Assembly (NCBI GenBank): GCA_963815195.1
Contig: CAWFGE010000012.1
Coordinates: 384,001 to 448,000, forward strand
DNA length: 64,000 bases
Direction of reading: 5' to 3'
Origin: an uncultured Planctomycetaceae bacterium
GTDB lineage: Bacteria; Planctomycetota; Planctomycetia; Planctomycetales; Planctomycetaceae
Shown: positions 53,252-63,401 of the stretch, one piece after another
How positions within the stretch are numbered: the stretch's first letter is position 1
Layout of the letters: the number at the start of each line of letters is the position of its first letter
Made by a program: the position numbers and the translations under genes
Notes under the pieces: model-generated
What the model saw: only the letters and a program-made list of their open reading frames with translations
Told to the model about the DNA's origin: nothing
The model's database searches: none

Positions 53252-55544
53252 CTACCGCTCAGGTTTTTCCGAACTCATCCAACGGAGCAACAAGGGCAAC
53301 AGCAGCAAGTTGCCCGCGAGTCCGCCGAGCATCGCCACGCTCACGAGCACGCCGAAATACACGAGCGGAATAAAATGCGAAACCGTGAGCACGCTGAACC
53401 CCGCAATCAAGGCGATGTTGGCAAACACGAGGGCCCGCCCCACGTCGCCGTGGGTCTCGCGGAGGGCCTCATCCACATCCAACCCCCGCTCCCGCGCGCG
53501 GAGGAAGGCTGACAGATAATGCACGCTGGAATCGACCGTCAGGCCCATCGACACGCTGGCGATCATGGCGGTCGCGATGTTGATCGGCAACCCGATCCAG
53601 CCCATGCCTCCGATCACGAACACAATCGGAAACAAATTGGGAACGAGCGCGATCAACGCCAGCCGGACGCTCCGAAATGCGACGATCATCATCCCGCCGA
53701 TCCCGATCGCGGCCAGCGAGAAACTCAAGACCTGATCGCTTAACAGGCTTTGAATCAAATGGGCCAACAGCACGAACAATCCCGTCGCTTTCACCTCGGC
53801 ATGGGGGAAGTCCTTCGCCAACTCTTCGTCCGCCCAGGCCTGCGCGACCTGATCGACCTCGGCGATTAACTGAAGCTTCCGCTCGGCCTGTTGCCGCTCC
53901 CGCGCCCGGAGCACAATCCGCATACGCCCGGCGTCGGGGTTATATAAACTCGGAATGAACTCCGGCTGGAGTTGCCCGAGCACGTTCAGCCGCTTTTTCA
54001 AGGGGAATGGCGGCATTTTGGAAGTCGCATCGGTGATCGCGAGCACTTTCGTGAGTTCTCCCGTCCGGCCGTCCCGCACAAACCGATCGCGAAGCCGCTG
54101 CGCCAGGTCGGACACGCGGCCGAGGTATTCGTCGGTCAGTTCTTTCGGGGCGGGGAAATTGACTTCCCAACTTCCGGCCCCGGCGAAATGCTCCGGGCTT
54201 TCGAAGTATTCAAGCCCCTGGACGATCGGGCTGTCGTCGCGGAAGTTCTTGCTGAAATCTGTTTCGACTTGCAGCCGGGTGAACCCCGCCCCGGTGAACG
54301 CGACCACGCCGAAGAATATTCCAAACAGCCAAAGCGGATGGCGTTCGACGCCCTCGGTCACGCGCAGCAGCGCCTTGACGAGATGCTTTTCCGCCGGGGC
54401 GCCGCGGGGATCGGGAAACCACGAGCCGATCGACACCCCGCCCGGAAACAAAACCCCCGTCGCGGCAAGCACGAGGAGCGTCGCAAGGCTCATCATCAGC
54501 CCGAAGCTTTTGACGGGCGTCACATGGCTTACCAGAAGGGCCGCAAAACCCACAGCGGTCGTCGCGCAGGTCCAAAAGATCGCGGGCAAGAGCCGCGAGA
54601 CCGTCAATGTCACCGTGGCTTCGCGGTCGTGTGTCTGGCGAAGCTCCCGGTAATGCACGGCCAGATGCGTCACCGTGGCCACGCCGATGATCGTCACCAG
54701 CGAATTGAGCATGGAGCTGACCATGCTCAGCCGCATCCCGCTCAGCACCAACAGGGCTTCGGTCCAGGTGATGGTCGCGACGACGATCAAAATCGGCAAC
54801 AGCACCCAGCGCGGATTGCGAAATAGCACCACAAGCACGAGGCCCAAGAGCCCCAGCGAAAACAGAAACAGCGTCCGCCCGTCCTCTTCGACGTAGCGGA
54901 AGGTTTCCTCGACCTGAATCGGTTCGCCGACGACATAGGTCCGGTTGCCGTATTCCTCCGAGAAGTCCGCGGCCACCTCGCGAATCCGGCGGATCGTCTC
55001 TCCGCGGGGCACGCCGGCTTCGTCTTGGGGCTCCAACCGCACGACGACCGCCGTGGATCGATTGTCATTTCCCAACAGAATCCCGCGCCAAAAAATACAG
55101 CACATCGCGGGGGACTGAAATGGGAATGCCAAAAATCCGGACCTTCGCCTCGGTGTTGGTCGCCAGGTCTTGCGTGCTCTTTTTTTGGACGCCTTCGATC
55201 TCCGACAGCCGGTTCGCCAATACCTTGAGCCGCTGTTTGGCGGGGCGGGAAAGCGTTTCCGTCCCGGGCTCGAACAACTCCGGATCGGTATAGGCCACCA
55301 TCGCCAGCTCATCCCCGCCGAACAGGGACTTGCTTTCGAGGTATTCTTGCAGATAGGGATCGCCCTCTGCATACAGCGATTCGATCGACCTGTCGAACTC
55401 CAACCGCTGGGAAATCGGCCACGCCGCGGCGAATAGCACAAGCCCCAAGGGAAAAAACACAAGCCGCCGGACCACGAGAAAACTTCCCAGCCGGCCGGAG
55501 AATGTTGGAGAATTCGTCGAGCCTGGAGCGTTCTGTTCGGCCAT
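53252..55544 (-). CDS. MMPL/RND-family transporter (frameshift near 55090)
   Basis: Two repeats of a periplasmic loop plus TM bundle. TTAVGFAAL, GLTVDSSVH, AGFSVL. Confidence 0.85.
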
Positions 55545-55728
55545 CAGGGAGGACTGTTGCGAAAGATTCCAAAAGGTTCCGGCGAAAATCCATTCCGTGT
55601 GACCATCTAAAATTGTCCCCCCGCCGTCAAGCGTGGACGAATCGCGGAGAGGATCGCGTCCCACGTTCGCGTGCTTTATCATGGACGGCGTTCTTTTGTT
55701 GCGGGATGGCTTTGAGGGGATGGGAACC

Positions 55729-57198
55729 ATGAGCGAACACGCCGCTGAACCAAGCGAGACGGCGGAATTGGAAATCTGCCTGAAGGTGCTCCGCCGGCTC
55801 GAGCGGGACCCCCAGACGTGTGCCGCGCCCGCGTCGCTGGCTCACGAAATCGGCAAGCAGGCGGCGCGGCTGATGCGGTCGCTCAAGGCCCAGGAAAAAG
55901 CCGAACGCCGAAAACGCGACCTGGACGTGGTCGAGTCCGCGGGCATTCGGCAGCGAAGACAACACCGCGCCGACTCCCCGCCGAAAGCCCTCCCGTTCGC
56001 CGAAGACGATTCGCACGAGCCGGCGGTGCGGGACATGGCGCTGAGTGCCGCCCGCAAGTGTTACATCTGCAAAGCGCCTTACCGCGAGGTGCACCGGTTT
56101 TATGACCTGATGTGCCCCGCGTGCGGGGACGCGAACTTCGCCCGGCGAAGCCAAACGGCAAACCTGTCGGGCTACACGTCCCTCGTTACGGGCGGGCGGA
56201 TCAAGATCGGATTTCAAATCGCCCTCAAACTCTTGCGGGCCGGCTCGAAAGTTCTGATCACCACGCGGTTTCCCAACGATGCCGCCCTGCGGTTTTCGCG
56301 GGAAGCGGACTTTCCCGACTGGCGGGACCGGCTGGAAATCTACGCGGCGGATTTTCGCTTTCTGCCGCTGGTCGAAGCCTTGGCCCGCGAGATTTCCGCG
56401 AACGTCGATCGGTTGGATGTTCTGATCAACAACGCGGCCCAGACCGTGCGGCGGCCGCCGGCGTTTTATCGGCATCTCCTGGAGACCGAAGCCCAAAGCC
56501 GGGCCGAACTCCCCAAGCTCGCCCAATCGCTGATTGCCGGCGACGCTCCGCAATCGACTCCCCAAGCAGCGGGGCTCGCGAAGTTCGAAGCGGGAGACCG
56601 CTTGTCCCCCGCGGCGATGTCTCAGCTCGCGGTGCTGCCGGGCGATGCGCTTTCCAATCCCGAGGAGTTTCCCCCTGGCCAATTCGACGGCGAAGGGCAG
56701 CAGGTCGATCAGCGTGCGTTCAACAGTTGGGTGCAGCGGCTGGTGGACGTTTCGCCGGGCGAACTGGTCGAGGTGCACGCCGTGAACTGCCTCGCCCCTT
56801 ACATTTTGATCGCCGGTCTGGAATCGCTGTTCGCGAAGCCGCCGGCACGGGATCGGTTCATCGTGAATGTCTCCGCGATGGAGGGGAAGTTTCACGCGAA
56901 GAAGACGGGCTTTCATCCGCACACCAACATGGCCAAAGCCGCGCTCAATATGCTCACCCGCACGGCGTCCGCCCGTTATGCCCGGCAGCGGATTTATATG
57001 AACAGCGTCGACACGGGCTGGATTACCAATGAGTTTCCGCTCCAGAAAACCCAACAGATGGCCGAGTCCGGCTTTCAGCCGCCGCTGGACGAAATCGACG
57101 GCGCCGCCCGCGTGTGCGCGCCGATTTTCGACGGCGTCCAGACCGGCGAACCCGCGTTCGGGAAGTTCTATAAAGACTACCGCGAAGTCTCCTGGTGA
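55729..57198 (+). CDS. Extended SDR oxidoreductase with N-terminal Cys4 motif
   Basis: CYIC...CPAC, VTGGRIKIG, LINNAAQT, NVSAMEG, HPHTNMAKAALNM, VDTGW. Confidence 0.85.
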   Translation: MSEHAAEPSETAELEICLKVLRRLERDPQTCAAPASLAHEIGKQAARLMRSLKAQEKAERRKRDLDVVESAGIRQRRQHRADSPPKALPFAEDDSHEPAVRDMALSAARKCYICKAPYREVHRFYDLMCPACGDANFARRSQTANLSGYTSLVTGGRIKIGFQIALKLLRAGSKVLITTRFPNDAALRFSREADFPDWRDRLEIYAADFRFLPLVEALAREISANVDRLDVLINNAAQTVRRPPAFYRHLLETEAQSRAELPKLAQSLIAGDAPQSTPQAAGLAKFEAGDRLSPAAMSQLAVLPGDALSNPEEFPPGQFDGEGQQVDQRAFNSWVQRLVDVSPGELVEVHAVNCLAPYILIAGLESLFAKPPARDRFIVNVSAMEGKFHAKKTGFHPHTNMAKAALNMLTRTASARYARQRIYMNSVDTGWITNEFPLQKTQQMAESGFQPPLDEIDGAARVCAPIFDGVQTGEPAFGKFYKDYREVSW

Positions 57199-57355
57199 GC
57201 GTTCTCCCGAGCGCGCAATCGAGGCAGCTTTGCCTTGGTTAGATGCAGTCTCTCCGCTTTGCCGCGGCGAAGCCCGCTGCCGGCGCGGCGGGAAATGTCT
57301 GTAAATCCCTAATTTCACAGGGATTTTCGGCACCTGCCGGGTTTTGTTGCATTAT

Positions 57356-57372
57356 CGGGCATGCGAATTGCG
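57356..57372 (+). promoter_or_regulatory. Possible sigma-54 (-24/-12) promoter of amt
   Basis: CGGGCATGCGAATTGCG has GG-N10-GC spacing with TTGC, about 200 bp upstream of amt. Confidence 0.4.
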
Positions 57373-57575
57373 TTCGCCCCGTTTGACATGGTTTTCCGGC
57401 GGTGTGCGGGGCTGTCTCGCAAAAATCCGTTCCGATTTGTCGCGCCCTGAAAACGGGTCTCGATCCGGCTGATTTCAAACCACCCCCTCTCTTCCGCGCT
57501 CGGGTTGCGCGCGGAGGGTTGGCGATATTTCTTCCGGCAACGACTTGATTCGTCCCGCACTATTTTTGAGAGGCT

Positions 57576-59003
57576 ATGAATTCGATGAAGTTTTCGCACG
57601 CGCTCGTTCCGATTGTCAGCGGCCTCGTATTGCTTGCCGTGTTTGCCAGCCCACTGACGGGCCGGGCGGACGAACCGGCTCCAGAAACCAAAACCGAAGC
57701 CGCGGAGAAATCCGCGCCCGAGACCTCACCCACGGATGTCCAGCCCGATCCGCCTTCACTCATCGATGTTTCCTATGCAATCAACAATCTGTTTTTGCTG
57801 CTTGCCGCCGTGTTGGTGTTGTTCATGCAGGCCGGGTTTGCGATGGTGGAAGCCGGCTTCAATGCCGCGAAGAATGCCGTCAACATTCTCTTCAAAAACC
57901 TGATCGACGTGAGCGTGGGCGTGCTGCTGTTCTGGTTGATCGGCTATGGTTTGATGTATCCCGGCGGCGATTATACGGGGAAATGGTTCGGCTGGTCCGG
58001 ACAGATCGGCGTGGGAGAAACCGTCACGCAGGAAGAAGTGGCCGACGGGTTTAAGCCCGAAGCCACGGCAAAGCTCAATCCCCAAGTGGACTTTCTGTTC
58101 CAAGTCGCGTTCGCGGCCACCGCGGCGACCATTGTCTCGGGCGCCGTGGCGGGCCGGATGCACTTTATCGGCTACTTGATTTATAGCGCGCTGATCACCG
58201 CTCTCATCTACCCCATCAGCGGGATGTGGAAGTGGGGCGGCGGCTGGCTGGCCGAGGCGGGGTTCCATGATTTCGCCGGTTCGCTCGTGGTGCATGCCTG
58301 CGGCGGGTTCGCCGCGTTGGCCGGTGCGGTTTTGCTGGGGCCGCGGATCGGGCGATTCGCCGAAGACGGCAAGTCCCAGCCTATGCCGGGACATAATCTG
58401 ACCATCGCCACGCTGGGCGTGTTCGTGCTGTGGATCGGCTGGTACGGGTTCAACCCCGGCAGCCAGCTCGCGTTTTCCGGGCAGGCCAACACCGATGCCA
58501 CCATGCTGATCGCGACCAATACCACTCTGGCCGCCGGTGCGGGTGCGGTCACGGCGATGATCCTCAGTTGGGTGCTGTTCTCCAAGCCGGACTTGTCGAT
58601 GGCCCTCAACGGCGTGCTCGCCGGCCTGGTGGGAATCACCGCCAACTGCGATTGCGTGTCGAATCCCGAAGCCATGCTGATCGGCGCGGTGGCGGGCCTG
58701 GTTGTGGTGGGCGGAATCGTCCTCTTGGACAAGCTCAAAATCGACGATCCCGTGGGGGCCTTCCCCGTCCATGGACTCTGCGGAGTCTGGGGCGGCATCG
58801 CGACCGGACTCTTCGGCACCGATAAAAGCCTCGGGGCCCAGGTTCTGGGGTCGGTCGCCATTCCCGTGTGGGCCTTTGGGACGATGTTCATCCTGTTCCT
58901 GATCCTGAAAGCCGCCGGCCTCCTGCGGGTGACCCCGGAAGAAGAAATCGAAGGCCTCGACATCTCCGAGCACGGCATGCACGCTTACGAGCCCGCGCAC
59001 TAA
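57576..59003 (+). CDS. amt: Ammonium transporter (Amt family)
   Basis: MQAGF..VEAG, FQVAFA, DFAGSLVVH, WYGFN.GS, NGVLAGLV.IT, DDPVGA.PVHG, GLD.SEHG..AY. Confidence 0.95.
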   Translation: MNSMKFSHALVPIVSGLVLLAVFASPLTGRADEPAPETKTEAAEKSAPETSPTDVQPDPPSLIDVSYAINNLFLLLAAVLVLFMQAGFAMVEAGFNAAKNAVNILFKNLIDVSVGVLLFWLIGYGLMYPGGDYTGKWFGWSGQIGVGETVTQEEVADGFKPEATAKLNPQVDFLFQVAFAATAATIVSGAVAGRMHFIGYLIYSALITALIYPISGMWKWGGGWLAEAGFHDFAGSLVVHACGGFAALAGAVLLGPRIGRFAEDGKSQPMPGHNLTIATLGVFVLWIGWYGFNPGSQLAFSGQANTDATMLIATNTTLAAGAGAVTAMILSWVLFSKPDLSMALNGVLAGLVGITANCDCVSNPEAMLIGAVAGLVVVGGIVLLDKLKIDDPVGAFPVHGLCGVWGGIATGLFGTDKSLGAQVLGSVAIPVWAFGTMFILFLILKAAGLLRVTPEEEIEGLDISEHGMHAYEPAH

Positions 59004-59059
59004 TCCTGTCTCTCTCCAGGTGCTGCTCAGGCAGGGAAGCTCAAAGTTGCAGCAACTTT

Positions 59060-59099
59060 CGGAACCGGCGGAAACGGATCCCCGCCGGTTCCGTTTTTT
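59060..59099 (+). terminator. Intrinsic terminator after amt
   Basis: CGGAACCGGCGG/CCGCCGGTTCCG followed by T6. Confidence 0.85.
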
Positions 59100-59499
59100 A
59101 GGTTCTTCCGCATAAGCAGGGGGTAACTACGACGGTGTTAAACAATATCTTCTGCATCTTCTGCGCGCTCTTTCACCTCCCCTCGCTCGGGGAGGTAAAA
59201 TCCATCGCCGACCCTTGGGGCATCATGAATTTGTGAACCATCATTGTGTGATCCATTGCGGTGACGGGGCGTTTTCCCGGCATCGTTGGAGCAACCGTCC
59301 GAGATTCGGGGTGTCAGTATTTGTCATAGGAGATTCCCTGAAGTTTTCCCCAGGGTGTGACAGCGCCAGAAGTTTGGCGCGGAAAATCGTTGGCGTGGAC
59401 GGCGGAAGTCCATATACTGCCCAGTTGACGGCGGTGTTCCGCACCGGGAACTCGCCGGCAGCACCACCCAACCCGCCCCTTCCGCGATTTGGTCCATTC

Positions 59500-60782
59500 A
59501 TGGGGAAAGACGTCGAAATCATCACGCCCGCGGCCGGTCCGATCCGCGGATCCATTCGGCCGCCGGGCTCCAAAAGCCTCACCAACCGCGCGCTGGCCAT
59601 TGCAGCGCTCGCGGAGGGACAAAGCCGGCTGGTGGGCGTGCTCGACAGCACCGACACACAGGTGATGATCGAAAGTCTGAATCGCCTGGGCATCGAAGTC
59701 AGGCACGACCGGGAAAACTGCATTGCCGAGGTCGAGGGCTGTGCCGGCGTCCCGCCCGCGAAGGTCGCCGACCTCTGGCTGGAAAACAGCGGCACGAGCA
59801 TTCGCTTCCTCACGGCCGTGTGCGCGTTGGGGCACGGGATCTTTCGCCTGGACGGCAATCCGCGGATGCGGCAGCGACCCGTGGCTCCGCTGGTCGATGC
59901 CTTGAACAGTCTCGGCTCCCACGCCGCCTGCGAGAAAGACACGGGCTGTCCTCCCGTGCTCGTCAAATCCCAGGGGCTCCAGGGAGGATCGGCGACCGTC
60001 CCGGGCGACATCTCCAGCCAGTTCTTAAGCGCCCTGTTGATCGCGTCCCCCGGAGCCAAACAGCCCGTGGAACTGCACATCGAGGGGGAACTCGTCTCCC
60101 GGCCGTATGTGGAAATGACGCTGGGCGTGATGGCCAAGTTCGACGTCACCGCCGAGCCGATCTCGCCGGACATCTATCGCATCGAGCCGCAGCGGTACCG
60201 CGGCACCGAATATCCCATCGAACCCGATGCGTCCGCGGCGAGCTATTTTTTCGCGGCGGCCGCGGTCACCGGCGGGGAAGTCACCGTCGAGGGTCTGCCC
60301 GAACACGCGCTTCAGGGCGATGTGCAATTTGTCGAGGCGCTCGCCCAGATGGGCTGCGACGTGAAATGCCGCTCCAACGCGATCACCGTCAAAGGTGGAC
60401 CGCTTAAGGGCATCAACATCGACATGAACGCCATCAGCGACACGGCCCAAACGCTGGCTTGCGTCGCCGTCTTCGCCGAGGGCCCCACGCGGATTTCGCG
60501 GATCGGGCACATCCGCCACAAGGAGACCGACCGCATCGCCGCCCTGGCCACGGAGTGCGGCGGCTCGGCCTCCAAGTGGACGATGAGCACGACGCCCTCA
60601 CCGTGCATCCCGGCCCCGTCTCGCCCGCCCGCATCGAAACCTACGACGACCACCGCATGGCCATGAGCTTCGCCCTCATCGGCCTCAAAGTCCCCGGCAT
60701 CGAAATCGCCGACCCCGGCTGCACCGCGAAAACCTATCCGCGGTTTTTCGAGGATCTCAATAAACTCGTTGGCCAATCGTAA
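59500..60782 (+). CDS. aroA: 3-phosphoshikimate 1-carboxyvinyltransferase (frameshift near 60556)
   Basis: [49 protein letters not shown]. Confidence 0.95.
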
Positions 60783-60841
60783 AAGGCCTGAGGGACCACG
60801 AAAAATACGAAAATCAGCCGCGTCAAACCGGACATCTATTC

Positions 60842-60895
60842 GCCCGAAGCGCAAGCGAGGGAAATCGTTTGAAATCCCTCGCTTGCGCTTCGGGC
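60842..60895. repeat. 21-bp perfect inverted repeat (REP pair) between convergent genes
   Basis: GCCCGAAGCGCAAGCGAGGGA / TCCCTCGCTTGCGCTTCGGGC. Confidence 0.85.
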
Positions 60896-60926
60896 TATTT
60901 GAGACAGAGTCGCCCGGCGGCTAATC

Positions 60927-61718
60927 TCACTTGATCGGAATCTCTTTGCCGTTTTCGCGAATGAACGGCGGCCTCGCCTGCTCGCCCGTCGCGGGTTTGA
61001 TCTCGCGGACCCAGATGTTTTTAAACCGCACCGGGTCGCCGTGGTCCTGAAGGCGGATCGGCAAGCGGTCGGCGTGCTTCTTGTATTTCGGCGGTTGGGT
61101 GAACGGCGTGTCGCCCTTCAGTTCGAAGTGATTGAGGATCAAAACGCCGTTGTGCAAAGCGGTGATGTAAGCCGGCGACTTGAGCGAGCCGTCTTCGTTG
61201 AATCGCGGCGCCGTCCAGACGATGTCGTAAACGTTCCACTCGCCGGGCGGCCGCGTGACATTGACCTGGGGCGGCGTCTGCTTGTAAATCGCGCCGGCTT
61301 GCCCGTCGTAATAGGTTTCGTTCTCGTAGGAGTCGAGGACCTGGACTTCGTAAGTGTCCATCAAAAACACGCCGCTGTTGCCGCGCCCCTGGCCTTGGCC
61401 TTTCGCGGGAACCGGAGCCGACCATTCGATGTGCAGCTGGCAATCGCCGAAAGCTTTTTTCGACCGCACGTTGCCCCGGCCGCTGACCATCGCCCCGTCT
61501 TCGACCTTCCAGTTCTTCGCGCCTTCCCACTGGGAGAGGTCCGTGCCGTCAAACAGGACGACGGCATCGGAGGGTGGGTTGCCGTTCTTGCCGGGCGTGA
61601 CCACCTTCGGTTTGGTCCATTGGATTCCGTTGAGATATTCCCCCGCCCGCGCGGGGCCGGACAACAAACAAGCCAGGCAGGCCACGGACAAGAGCACGGC
61701 AATCGGTTGGCGGATCAT
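60927..61718 (-). CDS. DUF1080 (3-keto-disaccharide hydrolase family) secreted protein
   Basis: LFDGTDL..W, FGDCQLHIEW, GNSGVF, YEVQVLD, LQDHGDPVRFKNIW. Confidence 0.9.
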   Translation of the reverse strand: MIRQPIAVLLSVACLACLLSGPARAGEYLNGIQWTKPKVVTPGKNGNPPSDAVVLFDGTDLSQWEGAKNWKVEDGAMVSGRGNVRSKKAFGDCQLHIEWSAPVPAKGQGQGRGNSGVFLMDTYEVQVLDSYENETYYDGQAGAIYKQTPPQVNVTRPPGEWNVYDIVWTAPRFNEDGSLKSPAYITALHNGVLILNHFELKGDTPFTQPPKYKKHADRLPIRLQDHGDPVRFKNIWVREIKPATGEQARPPFIRENGKEIPIK

Positions 61719-61891
61719 CAGGATTCAACTCCTCAATTCTCAAAGTTATGGATTTCGTGATTTCGGGATTCATTGTGTTGCACAGCGGCTTCAAAATCAA
61801 TTTCACGAGCGTTTCGACTCAAGCGCCTGGCACATTCGGACTTAGCACCTCATGGCGGGTGTTTCCTCGCACATTCGCAATCTGACTTGAA

Positions 61892-61910
61892 ACTGAGACT
61901 CAGTCTCAGT
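61892..61910. promoter_or_regulatory. Perfect 9-1-9 palindrome, Fur-box-like operator upstream of hemP
   Basis: ACTGAGACT-C-AGTCTCAGT, about 50 bp before the hemP ATG. Confidence 0.6.
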
Positions 61911-61959
61911 AATATGTTTAGATCGGACGACACCGAATTCTCCTACCGCCAAGCCTCAC

Positions 61960-62145
61960 ATGAGCGAATCTCAAAAACCCGAGCCATCCCCGCCCGAGGC
62001 ATCGGAGCCCGGCGATCGCGAACCGCGCCGGCGGATTCAGTCCGGCGAACTGCTCGCGGGTGCGGAAGAGGTGCTGATCGAGCACGAGGGCCAAACCTAC
62101 CGCCTGCGGCTGACCCGCCGCGGCAAGCTGATCCTGCACAAGTGA
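61960..62145 (+). CDS. hemP: Hemin uptake protein HemP
   Basis: [25 protein letters not shown] is the HemP signature. Confidence 0.9.
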   Translation: MSESQKPEPSPPEASEPGDREPRRRIQSGELLAGAEEVLIEHEGQTYRLRLTRRGKLILHK

Positions 62146-62360
62146 TTGCCCGTCGCGGCGGCTTCCAGCCGCCGAGATCGATCCACGGGGGGAAGAGGCC
62201 GCCGCGACGCGCGGTAACGGCTTCGCCAATTCGCGAACTGCCGGGAATCGATGCCCCCCGAAAAGACAAGCCACCCGCTGGATTCACACCGGGAGGTTTG
62301 GTTAGGATGGCAGGGAAACTTTTCCGACCCATCCTGTTTGTTTCACGAGGCATGACGGCC

Positions 62361-63347
62361 ATGATGTCATCTCCATCCCGCCGGGACTTCTTGCGAACCA
62401 GCTCGGGGGCGGTGGCCGGGGCGTTTTTCAGCCGGGGGACCCAACTTTTGGAAGCGACCGAAACCAAACCGGCGGACGCCGCCCAGCCGATTGTGGACAC
62501 CCACCAGCATCTTTGGGATTTGAAAAAGTTCCAACTGCCTTGGCTGGAAAACGGCGGGCCGGAGGAACTCCGCCGGTGTTTCGTGATGTCGGATTATCTC
62601 AAAGCGACCGAGGGTTTGAACGTCGTCAAGACCGTTTACATGGAAGTCAACGTCGCCCCCGACGAGCAGGAAAAAGAAGCGGCGTACGTGATCGGCCTTT
62701 GCGAAAAGAAAGACAACCCGATGTCCGCCGCGGTGATTGGCGGTTCGCCTCAAAATGCGGACTTTAGAAATTACGCCAAGAAGTACGAAGACAACCCATA
62801 CATCAAAGGCTACCGCACGGTGCTCCACGACCCGGACCGCCCGAAGGGGATGTGTCTTTCGCCCGCGTTTATCGAAAACATGAAAATGCTCGGCGCGATG
62901 GGCAAGCGGTTTGACTTGTGCATGCGGCCGGGGGAATTGATGGACGGCGTCAAACTCGCCGAGAAGTGCCCGCAGACGCGGTTCGTGCTCGATCACTGCG
63001 GCAACCTCAGCGTGACCAACACCGACGAGAAGCTCCGGAAAGACTGGGAAGCGGGCATCAAAGCCGCGGCGAGCTTGGAGAACATGGTCTGTAAAATTTC
63101 GGGCATCGTCGTCACCGCGAAAAAAAATAATTGGACCCCCGCGGATTTGGCGCCCAATATCAATTTCTGCCTGGAAGCCTTCGGCGAGGACCGGGCCTAT
63201 TTCGCGGGCGATTGGCCCGTGTGCACATTGCGGGCGACCTTCGCCCAATGGGTGGGCGCCCTCAAATCCATCGTCAAAGACCGCTCGCCCGAGTTCCGGC
63301 AAAAACTCTTCCACGACAACGCCGTCAAGTTTTACGGCCTAACTTAA
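62361..63347 (+). CDS. Tat-exported amidohydrolase_2 family protein (sugar lactonase-like)
   Basis: SRRDFL, DTHQHLWD, LDHCG, KISG, FG.DR...GDWPV. Confidence 0.85.
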   Translation: MMSSPSRRDFLRTSSGAVAGAFFSRGTQLLEATETKPADAAQPIVDTHQHLWDLKKFQLPWLENGGPEELRRCFVMSDYLKATEGLNVVKTVYMEVNVAPDEQEKEAAYVIGLCEKKDNPMSAAVIGGSPQNADFRNYAKKYEDNPYIKGYRTVLHDPDRPKGMCLSPAFIENMKMLGAMGKRFDLCMRPGELMDGVKLAEKCPQTRFVLDHCGNLSVTNTDEKLRKDWEAGIKAAASLENMVCKISGIVVTAKKNNWTPADLAPNINFCLEAFGEDRAYFAGDWPVCTLRATFAQWVGALKSIVKDRSPEFRQKLFHDNAVKFYGLT

Positions 63348-63401
63348 CCCTCACATATTGATAAAGACTGGCTTCATAAAAACGCCATTGAAGGAAACAC
63401 C

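Noticed and set aside
5776..60782. Frameshifted genes as pseudogenes or programmed frameshifts
   Set aside because: They affect housekeeping genes whose motifs are otherwise intact, there are no in-frame nonsense codons, and no shared slippery-site structure is visible. Sequencing error is more parsimonious.
61773..62360. N-terminal extension of the amidohydrolase ORF
   Set aside because: It overlaps hemP in another frame. The Tat signal places the real start near 62361.
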